Positions 42,712 through 55,200 of a stretch of 64,000 bases of DNA are shown one piece after another. The notes beneath the pieces are model-generated. The model did no database searches. It saw only the letters and a program-made list of their open reading frames with translations, and was not told the origin of the DNA. Source of the DNA: Tubiluchus corallicola (lineage: Eukaryota > Animalia > Priapulida); NCBI GenBank assembly GCA_030141605.1, contig JAQGDQ010000054.1:736910-800909 (forward strand). Reading direction: 5' to 3'. How positions within the stretch are numbered: position 1 is the stretch's first letter; the number at the start of each line of letters is the position of its first letter. The translations under genes and the position numbers were made by a program.

Positions 42712-43946
42712 TGTATCTGTAATTTCTAAACGAAAATCTAGATAACCAAAATGCTTATATCACGAAAGGCTAATATATCAAAATCAAAGTATTTGCAAAT
42801 AAATGAATCTTCAACATTATTTTGGCTGTCCTTTTCGCAAGAGTTCCTATGTTTCTCTTAACTGAGACCTCAGTGTGACGTTGTCTGATTGGTGGTTGGT
42901 TTCGTCTTGACCACTAGTTGGCTCATTTCTGGGCTGGTCTGTTCAATTTGTGTACTTATATTGCACATGCATAGATCACCACGATGTATACCATTTTGCT
43001 TTTGTAAGAAAATCTTCTAACATGATTACTATCATTATCACGTCACATTTTTTCTTAGATGAGTTGAAATTTTGCCAAGGAAAAGAACAGAACAGGAAGG
43101 AGTTGTTGCAGCAAAATATAATTCATACTTGTAACTTAAAAAATTAAAATAAATTTATTTATATAAAATCTATGCGACTAACAGAAGAAATCGGAAGCTT
43201 TATGTATAATTTTAAAGTATTTATAAGAAAAGCGAAAAACTCATTGGAAAAATTAGATTATAGAATGAAGTCCTGCAGGCAGATAAATGCAATACGTGGC
43301 ATTACAATGCAAAAATAGAAATACGTTAAATAAGTTATAAAGTAATAAAGTTACAAGGTTCATTACACCAGTAGATGTCTCCGTGTAATAACTGAAACTG
43401 AATGAAACTAACAAATCAAACATCTATAAGGTGGGAAGCTTCATCGGCAGGCACACAAAACTTGAAACAAATTAATTGAAAAATTATCACAGTTTCGTAT
43501 ATGAGTATATACTTTCTCTCGACACAGTCTAGAATTCGAGTACCGGCTACTGCATTCGGCATTTTGTAATATCTAGCATGTCAGCAGTTGGGCTACTCAA
43601 TTTTGACAAGCCATCCATTCTTACACTGGCTATCAACAGACATTCTCCATAAACGCTATCCAATATTAGTCGAAGCATTATTAGTAAATGAGATTTTTGA
43701 GAATAACAGTAAGAAGTTCGCGAAATTTTCAGGGTAAATTGTAAAAAGGAGTTCTGTTAATTTTTGGAGTGAGCCACAAAGAAGTTCCAAGGATTTTTGA
43801 CGTCAGCCATTGAAAGTTCCAGAGATTCTGAAATTTTGCTCCGTTAGTCAATTTTGAATTCTCCAATGCAGTGCTAAGAGTACTGAAAAAATAATTATAT
43901 AAAAGTCATAAAAACGTAAAAAGCACCAGAGACTCTGAATTAGTCA

Positions 43947-44790
43947 CTAATATCCACCAATGAGGTAGCTAAATGCATCATCATTTTCCATCAGTTCTTG
44001 TAAAAACGTGAATGGCTTGGCCTGATTGATTGAAGAAAGCGAGATTCCATCCGATTGTAAAACAGTATGACTACATGGCACCACAGTATACAATTTACTG
44101 TCTATTCCAATTGGAAATGGTGGATGTGGTGTAACTGTCTGCTCATGGTGTATCATCCCGCTACTAGATGAATGAGATGCAATTTTGGAACACTGATTGG
44201 TTGCAGATTCTGGCGCGGCACTTGTGCGACTTGGCTGTGACTTGTTTAGGCGACTTTTAGGATCTACTCTCTGTTTCCCCTTAGAGTTATTTCCTTCCTT
44301 CTGAGAAGAGGTTGCTGATTTACGATGCTTTGCACCTCCTTTAGAAGATCCTTTTTCTTTAGAATGTGATTTTTCTGATTTGCCATTCTTAGTGTTTCTT
44401 TCACGCTGTCCAAGGCTGCTCGTTTTTGATTGCTTATCTCTGATTTTTAAAGTAATACCTGTGCAACTAAGTTCTGGTGGCATTTTGGACGGTTTAACTG
44501 AATGAGTTGTACTAGTCTTCATTATTTCTTTATCAGACTTTGCTGTTCTATTAGCGTTCCTAAAATATGGATTTTTAGATAGTTCGGCCCTTTTTGGGGG
44601 TTGCTTTATAGAAGAACTCGCAGATGAAATTGATGAAGTCGTCTTCATTGATGCATAATTTTCTGGATTTTTTCTTAATGGCTCAGGCTTTGTTTTTTTA
44701 GCTGAGTCTATATAACGTTGAGGAACAACACGTCTTGGAGCTGATTTACTGATAGATTTTTTAACATCCAGGGTTCCTTGCCAGTTATTC
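43947..44790 (-). CDS. Gene 2 last coding exon, Lys/Ser-rich basic low-complexity region
   Basis: Minus-strand acceptor ttttcattgctgcAG at 44792-44791, phase 2. Open frame continues into ORF 44648-43947. Full protein ~372 aa. Confidence 0.7.
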
Positions 44791-45576
44791 CTGCAGCAAT
44801 GAAAACAAAAGTTAAACGAATGTTAATTTAACAGATACAATTTTAGTGTCTCTAGAAAATATCGTGACATATATTAAAAACATGTAAACATTAGAAATCA
44901 CAAAAGTACTGCTGCAAATGGAATAATATTTGTTCGCATTTATTCGCTACACTAGACAGTATTCAGTACACTCTAGTTGGTAATGTACTGATCGCTAATG
45001 CCGCGGGTGAAGTCGATCATTTTTTGTATTCAGAACTTTCTCAAAATGACGATCGTGGTAAATTCTGTTTACTGAATATTAAAATTTAGTGCAGTTATTG
45101 CCTGTAATGTAAGGTTTTGGAGTATATTGGAATTTTACAAAAGGGTTTTATAAACATTTCGCGCATGTCTAACAGACGACAAAGTTTGGATTCTTAAGAA
45201 ATGTCTTACTGTGACATGTATTTGAATAATTTTATTTTATCTATTTTTATTTTTTTTTTGTTGCTGTAAAATTAGTACATTTTTGCAATACTATATACTG
45301 CAGGTGCAGTGCAAGCCAGATTTCCGGTTTTTGCTGAATCCTGGTAATGCGCTGATCTGTATGCTACAGCATACAGGTATGCTAGAAGAATATATATATA
45401 ATTAAGTAATTATAATAACTTCGAGGTTTTATTACATCGTGTTTATTACAAAGTATATTTGTTACCCCGACCGTACAAGGCATCAAGTATGCTAATGACT
45501 TCTACTTGTTAAAGAGCTCTAGTATATAACGCCTCGTTTGTCTTATCAATATTATGTGATTAAAATGACAACATAC

Positions 45577-45701
45577 GTGGTTGTTTCTTTAAACCCAGGG
45601 GGTTTTTCCTTGGTAGTTCTTGTTGATTCCGAAACATCTACTTTAGGTACGTCATTCTGTTTAAGCATTGCTGTTACAACGTTTATCGCAGACACATTGT
45701 T
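45577..45701 (-). CDS. Gene 2 middle exon (NNVSAINVVTAMLKQNDVPKVDVSESTRTTKEKPPGFKETTT), not in the ORF track
   Basis: Minus-strand acceptor ttgtAG (45703-45702) and donor GTATGT (45576-45571). 125 nt, open, phase 0 in and phase 2 out, matching both neighbours. Confidence 0.6.
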
Positions 45702-46987
45702 CTACAATTAACAAATTGAAACAACATGTTATTGATATTGGCAAGAAGATAATTATGTTTTCTTACTGATGTCCTGGTTGCCATCGCTCGGCTCTTAGCT
45801 CTACGACGGATTCTGCGGCTCTGGCGAAAAAACATGTTGACGCATCTAAAATCAGCAATCAACGATAGTTTCTTCTTCTTTTTTCTTTTTGTTACTGTTA
45901 TTGTTTCACTATCATTAACATCATCACCGTCATAGCCATCATCATCATCATTGCCGCCGCCGCCGCCGCCGTCATCATTATCATCATCATCATTATCGTT
46001 GGGGTACCAACGGTCATTGTCATTATCTATGACAATAAAATTTATGCATGTAAGAGACAAGAGCTTGCCCGTTTCACGCAGCTCACAGGGTACATTTCGC
46101 AAGACTTACTGACGAAATTTATAGTTACAGATATTATACAAATAAAAGAGTTAAAATTGTTTAGCTAAAATATGCTACGAAAATGTACAGGAATTTTAAC
46201 AAGATAAAGCATGCCACTGGTAATCAACAAATAAAACGTTGCTTATAAATTTTAGGATGAGCTTGAAATTGTCGGTTAAAAACTTTAAATATTTGAGAGA
46301 TGTGGTTTTGATAGAGTTACATTTACTTTGGCCTCCTAATTCGCATCACCGGGATGCAAAGACTGCTATTCGAAGGTACCTTCGGGTGGAAAGCACAGGC
46401 GAAGTATCGTCAAACTCGAATGTTGTGGAAGAGTACATTGTAACAGACACTTACTTCATTAATTAACTGTTACTTAGACTGTTGTTGGTTAAACTGATGA
46501 AATTGTTCCAGACATTGGCTTAAATCATCAGCGTTTATTACAACCATAATCAATCACATTATTAAAGTTATTTCAAGCAGCATGGGTTAAACATTAGTAC
46601 GTAAGTGTACAACAAAAAGTAGTGTAAATGTCTCATTGCTCTAACTGTGTTCTACTTTCGTACAAAATTAAGAGCGGAGGCAATAAAAGTTAGGTATTAA
46701 CATAAATGATTAGTAGGTGGGAGCACAAAGCAAGACTTGTTACACAAACTTAGAAATAAGATTTGGTAGTATTTAAGAATAGTGCTGTGAGAAATGAAGT
46801 TTATTAAAATAGAAGCAATAAGTATAAGCAGCAAAAAACTAACAGTAAATTAATTTGCAAACAAAGTAAATGGCGATCGCATCAACGACAGGTGGCAGCG
46901 AAGGAATTGGTCATACGGTCCACTTTCCACTGTGATGATGATGATGATGATGACGATGGCAGGGAGAATAAGAATATTTTTACTTAC

Positions 46988-47137
46988 TTGTAATGTCGAA
47001 AGCGTTTTTTCACGCCTAGGTAATGATTTTAGTCTCGGCAGGCTGTCGTTAAACTGATTGTTCTGATCTGATTTTCGGATCACCCTGCCCGTTTTAGACA
47101 CTTCAGTAACATTATGATAATAGTTGTGTAAAGTCAT
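46988..47137 (-). CDS. Gene 2 first coding exon (MTLHNYYHNVTEVSKTGRVIRK...KTLSTLQ), orphan Lys/Ser-rich protein
   Basis: ATG at 47137. Minus-strand donor GTAAGT at 46987-46982 after CAA, phase 0. Joins the next exon in frame. Confidence 0.55.
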
Positions 47138-47291
47138 CTCGAGTAGAATAATTATATAAATGAAAGTTTGCAAGCGAAAATTTTTTGCCTCCTTACACTC
47201 TTGAGGTTAAAATCGTAACCAAGGAATGTAGTAATGACATACGTCATACGCGTGCAGCATCATACACGTAGTCACGGTGTTACGCAAAAAG

Positions 47292-47299
47292 TGACGTCA
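47292..47299. promoter_or_regulatory. Palindromic CRE (TGACGTCA) ~155 nt upstream of the gene 2 ATG
   Basis: Exact CREB/ATF consensus inside a locally CpG-richer patch (47240-47330). Function is inferred only from position. Confidence 0.35.
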
Positions 47300-50200
47300 T
47301 GCACACATACCATGCATGGTTTCACGACACTATTTATAACATAATAATACCAGTTTAATAAAATCTTGCAACCATAAGGTTAGTCACATAGAAAATGAAA
47401 TTATAGTTAAATTGGATTATATTGAAAAGGCAATCGTTTGCAGTAAAATTAATTTATAATAACTTACTAAAAGATTATTTATATTAAAGTATTACTAAAA
47501 GTGGTAATCAAAATATTATTGTTAATTAGGCAATACATGTGGTTAAAAAACTATTTTTAATGTGCTTTGTATGGCGAAGAGGTAAAGGATGCATCAGTTG
47601 CTTAACAGAATTGCATGTGCTCAAGCAGTAAATAACGATGTCTGCTGTCTTGTTATTTGAAATGATTTAAATTAAATTTTACAAAACTGGCAAGCTAATT
47701 GGAGTTATTTCAAAACTTAGACATTTTTTGGACTTAAACACACTTATATTAATGTATTATGCCCTAATTTATCCTTGCCTTCAATCACCTTGGCATGGGT
47801 CCACTCTCAGACAACATTACAACACCTGATTACTCAGCAAAATTAAATAGTTAAGACACTTACATTACAGAGTGGCCAAACAGAGCTCTGTACTACAGCC
47901 ATGCTCCGGCAGATTGAAGACTAAAGATTTAGCGCCCAAGGGTAAAGTCCAAGTGTATTCAACGATGGAAAAAATTTTGCATAAAGCTTTCTCAGAGAAA
48001 ATATAATTAGAGCATTAGTCTATATTTCTGATATCAAAAAACAGCTATAGTTTGGTCGGGGGATTGAATTTAATCGTAGCAAGTTTTCATATACTGAACT
48101 TAGATTTATATAGCTTAGTATTCAGCATCAATACAAGGACCATGACAACAATAATCATGCAAGATATAGGCTTTAATGAAACACCATTCTAAAGCTTAAC
48201 TGAATTTATTAATTGCTGTAAAACAAACATTGTTATCATTTTTCTTTAATGGAAGTTAATACAAAATCATTGTGGAATCATTATTTCGCTGAAATTCTTG
48301 TAACTTCCAGCAACCAAATTATGTACATATGTACATATTCGTAATACCTAACTAGAGACACATCACTAAGGCAAGATGTATTGTACATGTGTATTTTTCA
48401 TGTATATTCAAGGATTGCCAAGATATCTCTGTTCAGTCTGTTGGTTCACTTAGCTCACCTCGGAAGGTCATCTTTGGCAGTAACGCTTACTACAAACATT
48501 GATGTAGTACAACCTCTGCTATTTTAATATTTGGGGGTTCAACGGCGTCTTTGACGACGAGCTGGGTAGCAGTATCGTTGCAAACATCAACGTGAAACAA
48601 AGCCTACCATCGAAAGCTAAGTTACCACTGCCTGCTCAGCTCAGTTCGAGTTTTCACACAATAAATGATTCAAATCCTTCAACTGGCTTGAAATATACTA
48701 TACACAATAGCAAGTTTCACAAACTGCTGCTGCTACCTACCAGACGCGAAAATTTCTTCCTAGAAATAGAAGAATTTCTAATTTATCATTTCACAAGCAA
48801 AAAATGTGCTAAAGGATTACTGATGATATTACACCAACTAACAAAAAGGCACAACTTTACACTTCCATTATCATTATCAAATGACTGAAACACATGCAGT
48901 AAATTTTCGTTATTCAGTCTTCTTGAATCAACTACTTTCGAACCCATAATAAAATTGTTGCTTTTTCTTAGTGTTTCCTGTAAACATAGTATATGTGCAA
49001 TCCTACAACACCAATGTAGAGTACACTGCACACAATTTTTTAAGGAATCATGTTACCACGAAGAGTTGTTAGAAAGGCATGCTGTGTTTACAGAAAGCGT
49101 TAAAAAACAGTTATCAAATTGAAATAATATTTTTAAGATACGAAACTAGCTTAGCTTTGGGCACTAACGCTATTTGAAAACAAATGATGTGTAATTTATA
49201 GGCTTTAATGAATCATCTTGCCAAAGCTTAACCAATTGATTGCTTGCTGCAATTTGAACATTAGAATCATTTTTCTCTTGAGGAATCCAACAAAAAATCA
49301 CTGAGGACTGTTTCTTGAAATTTTTGCCATCTCATCCTGCAACCAAATTACTTATCCATCTGTGTATTAGTAATGCCTATACATATACATATATACCTAT
49401 ATATGCGTACAGGTCGGTTGAGAGAAGATACTTTCAAGCGTGTCGAGGGTCATCTTTGACAACGAGCTAGATATCAGTCTCGCCACAAGCATTAACATGG
49501 AATAGAACATGCAACTGAATGCTAGATTATTGACTCGCAGATGTTAAAAAATGATAAAATGATATCATTCTTTTGTTAATATAAGTCATTAACCAGTTCA
49601 CCCGGTACTAAGCTAGATGCACATTTAGGAGCAAGACCTGTGTGTACACGTTATTGAGCCTTCTGCTTCAGTAGCTTATCAAGTGAGGTTCCAGTTTTGC
49701 CACCATCAGTAATACGTTTCAGATTGTCCAGTTAAGAAGTGTGAAACTCAATGATGTCTCTCACTTTACATGTTATTCGCAGTGCATTGCTTGAAAGCTC
49801 AATTCGAGCTTTCACGTCAAATACTTTGGTTTGAAATGTGTATCCTGGAAAGTGGAAACCAATGCTGTAAACTGCAAGACGTTAACCATCAGATGACGTG
49901 TAATTTTTTTCCTATAAATAGAAGTATGTAGAATGCTATTTTATTTTTAAAATCAACACGTAAGTCGAAAGTCAACACGATTACTGATAGGATATTAGTA
50001 CAAAATTGAGCCACAAAAATCATCAATTTAAAGAATAAAACAAACTAAAATTTTAATAACTAAAATAGGCACCTGCCTATTTCTACTATTAAATACAAAA
50101 TACCTGTCAAATTGTGATATTATACATGTGATACTATGCACTGTATACTCTACATATCCGAATCTGTATCAAATCTACTATTGGCGAACTTCAGTTTATA

Positions 50201-50464
50201 ACATATTAAAGCAGATGAAATTTCATCATGACATCTTATCGATGACGTCACTTATCCCATTGCACTGATTGCACATGCACAGTTAATGGTTAGCAGTACG
50301 CACAATACATTATACATAACCTTTTGCTAAGTGGTACAAAAACAACAAATAATAATACAGGGCAATTTATTACATCAAAGTACTAAAAGACAAAAAGACA
50401 AAATTTACTTACCGTCGCTCATTTAACTGACAACATTAGCACCATTCTATTTAGCGACTTACAC

Positions 50465-51560
50465 TTACAACACAGGTAAGGTCCATGCCCACAAGGAAAG
50501 TGAGTCTAGATCGCACAGCAGTTGTTTACAGTTTAATTCTGTGTCAGCTATACTCCACAGTTTCGAAACATCCGCAAAAAGAAGAATTTTAGACCTGACA
50601 CATTCTATTAAATCGTTTATAAAAACCAGGAACAGCAAAGAACCCAGCACCGAACCCTGAGATACACCACTGGTTATTCAAGTAGTCAAAGACATATAGC
50701 CAACCACTACAGTGCACTAATGACGATCATGTGAGAACTCCTCGATCCATTTTAAAATGTTACCGTTAATGCCGTAAGATTTCTTTTTCCATGATGCGGG
50801 ATTGCATCAAAAGCCTTCATTAAGTCTAATAGTGTAATGTGTATAGAGCGTCCCTCATCTCGCAAACAAAACCATTCATCGTAGCACTCAAGGAGTTGTG
50901 TAACAGTTGCTTTTCCTTTAATAAACCATGCTGTTCAACGCATATTATATGGTTGCGAATGAAATGTTCGCACTGACTTGGTACCTCCCCACACAGTAAG
51001 AGAAGCATTAGTAATATTTGTTATCGGTACACAAAGAGAATCTTTACGTACTTTTAAAATAAATTTACAAAAAATGTCAGGTAATGATTTACAATGATTC
51101 AGATTTCCAAGGCGTTATCCAACTTGATCACATGTAATAAATGGTGATTCAATATCACGATACAGCTTAATAACTGATGATAAGTCAGCATTAAGTTTGA
51201 GCCCATACACACTAGTAAAGAAAGAGTTTAAAATTTCAGCTTTACCTCAAGAAGTATAATTCACATTGCCTGCTGTGTTGAACGTTGTGGCTTGCTGCAC
51301 TTTTTCACACACTGCTAAAACATTTTGGGATTTGTTTTAACATTTATATGTTGTTCTTACTCCTTTCTTTTCTTACATAACAAGTTTTTAACCTGATTTC
51401 TGCAAACAGCATAACTTCCATAATTACACAAAGTCTTATTTTGTAACCACAGATTAAATAAATAATCTCCTTTTCTTGTGCATTAAATCTAGTAAATCAT
51501 TTGTCATCCATGGAGGTCGCTTATTTTGCTTGAACATAGGATTATAATAGTAAGAAGGAA
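50465..51560 (-). mobile_element. Decayed CR1-type LINE ORF2 fragment
   Basis: Minus-strand fragments: PPWMTNDLLDLMHKKRRLF (post-endonuclease linker), QHG, YGINGNILKWIEEF, and TSGVSQGSVLGSLLFLVFINDL...KILLFADVSKLW (RT domains 4-5, with FADD decayed to FADV). Multiple stops and frameshifts. Confidence 0.85.
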
Positions 51561-51748
51561 TCATGGAATTTACAATCTGCTCAATCTTTGGAATCAGCAA
51601 GTTTATACCACGCTGTATCTCGACAGAACCATCTAATTTGAGCAGGACTTGCGAGTGTTGAAGGTTGGGTTCAGACTTGCTGATTTTGCTAGATTTAGTG
51701 CACAAGAAAAGGAGATTATTCATTTAATCTGTGATTACAAAATAAGGC
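51433..51748. repeat. Inverted repeat: arms 51433-51499 and 51681-51748 (~65 bp, about 5 differences), ~180-bp spacer
   Basis: GTCTTATTTTGTAACCACAGATTAAATAAATAATCTCCTTTTCTTGTGCATTAAATCTAG is the near-perfect reverse complement of CTAGATTTAGTGCACAAGAAAAGGAGATTATTCATTTAATCTGTGATTACAAAATAAGGC. Confidence 0.9.
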
Positions 51749-52561
51749 AAGGCCATTATTTAAAATGAGGCACTGAACAGAGCGGCGTAAATGGTAACTG
51801 CATACAGAATGTACCATTATACGAAATAAACTACCATTTTCAATCTAAAACAAATCAGAACAAATCTACTAAACAATTCTTGTGCAACTCTCTTAAGACG
51901 GAAACCAAACAAGCAGACTCATCGGCAAAGAAGAACTATAACAACAGGTTCCAACATTAAATGTACCAAAACGTCAACATTCATTCACATGTATCTTTAT
52001 TTTTTATTTTCTCTCGTCCACACTATAGGGTAATGCGAGGCAGAGAGGGACGCTTTAAGGAAACAAACTAGTAAAATGAATATCCTCGGGAGTAAAACGA
52101 TTGATTTTTACATCACTTGCGATTTCAACTCCGTCTTTGACAATTGATGCACAAAAATAGGCGTTAATTGCTATATTTGATTTGCTTAATTCAAATCAAC
52201 CTACATCTGTCGAATTTCACTTCTGGTGTTAAGAAACTGTACATGCATAATTGTATATGATTATAAAAACCATTGCTTTCATTGCGCCGAGTTTGTGCGT
52301 CCGTCCAAAAGTTCAAACGTCCAAATGTTTAACTGCCCAAAAACCACACAATACACCTGCTGCTGATGCCACACGATCCGACTTTTAAATACTCTCAAAG
52401 ATGTAAATCTGTCAGAATTAGTGAACTTCTATTGTGATTTTTAATCTGAAATATATCAGTTTGCGAGTAAGCTGCGGAAGATTAAAAATCCTGCGTTTCC
52501 ACCTTAGGCTAATTTTCCCATTACTGAATATATTTAATAATATCTTAAAACAATATTTATA

Positions 52562-52806
<245 letters not shown>

Positions 52807-53076
52807 GAGTAATATGCCATATTCAGGAAGCCCAATTTTTTTATATGTTCTTCAGTACTAAAGAGATCATCTAGATATTTATATTTCTCGCAGACTTCAT
52901 CGATCTTTGTGTTTGAAATGAAACTCTTCGGTTTTGCTTTTGTTTAAGAGCGAAAAGTTCATCTCTAGGAGCTGCGCTGGCACTGTTCTTATAATGATTT
53001 CGCTCCCTTCTGTTTTTTGCCAAGGAAATATCTGCGCATTCTGCACATCGATGATAGCAGGTTTCGTCTTCAAATA

Positions 53077-53137
53077 GTTGTCTTGGCAACACTTAGATTA
53101 CGCAATGCCTTCCACCGATAAACACACAATGACGTCA
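53077..53137. promoter_or_regulatory. RFX X-box (GTTGTCTTGGCAAC, 53077-53090) plus CRE (TGACGTCA, 53130-53137): candidate promoter of the QRICH2-like gene
   Basis: 14-bp near-palindrome close to the RFX consensus GTTGCCATGGCAAC, an exact CRE 40 nt downstream, and a donor CCG|GTAAGT at 53248 that could close a non-coding exon 1. Confidence 0.5.
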
Positions 53138-53616
53138 CTAGATTTTCCAGTACTGCCATTTATTGAGAGTTCTGTGGTAATTGCCAAGAATCACTGATTT
53201 CTCACGGTTTGCTACTCAAAAATTACAAGCAGCTCACGCGGTTTCCGGTAAGTTTATGTTTAAGTCGAGGCACTGTACTTGCAGTTCTCACCAAAAGAAT
53301 TTTGAAGAAAGACAGGACTTTTTACAAGCTTACTTACGTAACTTATCTACCGAAGCTCTCGTTTTAATTGTTCTAAAGTTAGCAAAGATGTAACGTATTT
53401 CAAAGAAATTTGTTAAAAAAATCCTAGAACTCTTTTCCACTTGCAATTCCGTTTAAATTGTCCTCAAATGTGTTAATTTTCACCTGCTCAAAATTTTTTC
53501 AAGTTTTAAAGTTTGCAGCATATTACTTTTATTCCCATATATGTTGAAAAACTTTGATATTGCATAGCTGTTATTCTCAGCCTTATGAATTCCCAGTTTA
53601 AACTCATGGCTAATGT

Positions 53617-55200
53617 ATGCCATGCATCACGTCAGGTGTTAAGCAGGGATGCCCGCTATCACCCCTGCTTTTCAACCTGGTAATCGACGAACTGATCTCG
53701 AAAGTCGGTTCTCGATTTGGCTATGGGATCGACGAGCACCAAGTGGCTATAGTTGGTTTTGCCGACGACCTAGTCCTAATGTCAGGCTCAAAACATGGCA
53801 TGGGAGTTTTGCTGGAGACAGCCAATGGCTTCTTCACGAAACGAGGCATGGCTTTAAACGCCAACAAATGCAAAGCCATGAGACTAGTCAAGGCATACCG
53901 GCGAAAGGCTATGAAAGTGCTAATAGAACCCACATGGGAGATCAGCCAGACTCCTATTCCAATGCTGGGAGTCAGTGACGCATACAAATACCTGGGAATT
54001 CCTATGACTGCTAAGGGACGACCCACCATGGACACCAAGTCTCTTAAAGCATGGCTTATAAGAGTGGAAGGGGCACCACTCAAACCTCAACAAAAGGTGG
54101 ATATGATCAGACAATATGTGATTCCGCGTCTGACATACCACTTCCGTATATGTGAGGTTCATATGAATGGCCTCAAGGGAGCAGACAGGCTTATAAGATC
54201 AAGCCTAAAACGTATACTTCATATGGCGACGGATGTCCCGAATGCATTCTTCTACATGCCAATGAAGAAGGGAGGGCTGGGATTTTCTTGTCTTGAAAAG
54301 GATGTTCCTTTGATGAAAGTCAAGATGCTCAGCCGATTGCAGGCCTCACCAGATCCGCTGGTGAACATGAGTGCATCTGCTCCAGTGTGGAATAGGGAGC
54401 TTGCGTGGGCTAAGAGGGTGGCGAGCCTCGAAGCCTACAGTAACGCAAAAGACATAAATCGTGCAAAAAGGGATAACGATCGCAAACATCTATCGGCATT
54501 CAACGGTAAAGTGCATGGGAAGGGTTTTGCAGCCGTGTCTGCTGACCCACTGAGTACCCATTACCTACGTAGCAGCACACTCCTGAGCGGGGGTGATTAT
54601 ATCTTGGTTCTCAAGATGATCACCAACTCTCTACCAGTTAGAGTTAACACCACGAGAGGACAACCCAATGCAATCAGGAGATGTCGCAGGTGCGGGAGAC
54701 ATGCAGAGAGTCAGGTTCACGTACTTCAACAGTGCATAACAGTAAACAATGCCATATCACGAAGGCACAATGCACTGTGCGAGGTGCTCGCCGAAGCCTT
54801 GAAGGGGCAGGGCTTTACGGTCGTCAGGGAACCTTGGTTCGAGATCAACAGAACAAGGTACCACCCAGACATCCTGGCGACCAAAGGTGGTCATACGTAC
54901 GTTATCGATCCGACCATCTCGGCAGCAGGAAACATCTACTCGCTTAGGGCCAGGTGCAGGGACAAGGCCCTGAAGTACGAACCGATCCTCGATGCCGTCA
55001 AACAGCGGTGCGGCTCTGCCACTGCCTCGTCGCACGGCATCTGTGTGGGCTTTCGTGGGGAATGGGCAGGAGGAGAGAACGACGTTCTCCTGAAGACACT
55101 CGGTCTTCTGAACGTCAGAGCCAAACTAGTCCGCTCGGTGATTAGAGGCTCATGTATGGTGTTTAGAAAGTTCCTGGGAAGGCAAAGGAGGGAGACCTAG
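53617..55200 (+). CDS. Partial reverse transcriptase, CCHC zinc knuckle and restriction-like endonuclease (527 aa, uninterrupted)
   Basis: GVKQGCPLSPLLFN, FADDL, YKYLG, APLKPQQK...IPRL, GGLG, CRRCGRHAESQVHVLQQC, RRHN, PDI...D...K..KY: the established RT-RLE motif order of R2/R4/NeSL-group elements. Confidence 0.92.
   Translation: MPCITSGVKQGCPLSPLLFNLVIDELISKVGSRFGYGIDEHQVAIVGFADDLVLMSGSKHGMGVLLETANGFFTKRGMALNANKCKAMRLVKAYRRKAMKVLIEPTWEISQTPIPMLGVSDAYKYLGIPMTAKGRPTMDTKSLKAWLIRVEGAPLKPQQKVDMIRQYVIPRLTYHFRICEVHMNGLKGADRLIRSSLKRILHMATDVPNAFFYMPMKKGGLGFSCLEKDVPLMKVKMLSRLQASPDPLVNMSASAPVWNRELAWAKRVASLEAYSNAKDINRAKRDNDRKHLSAFNGKVHGKGFAAVSADPLSTHYLRSSTLLSGGDYILVLKMITNSLPVRVNTTRGQPNAIRRCRRCGRHAESQVHVLQQCITVNNAISRRHNALCEVLAEALKGQGFTVVREPWFEINRTRYHPDILATKGGHTYVIDPTISAAGNIYSLRARCRDKALKYEPILDAVKQRCGSATASSHGICVGFRGEWAGGENDVLLKTLGLLNVRAKLVRSVIRGSCMVFRKFLGRQRRET

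Noticed and set aside
53617-55200. Group II intron, retron or DGR-type RT, or a domesticated host gene
   Set aside because: The CCHC plus RLE C-terminus, 5' truncation within the RT and simple-repeat tail identify a eukaryotic non-LTR element. The starting ATG looks fortuitous.
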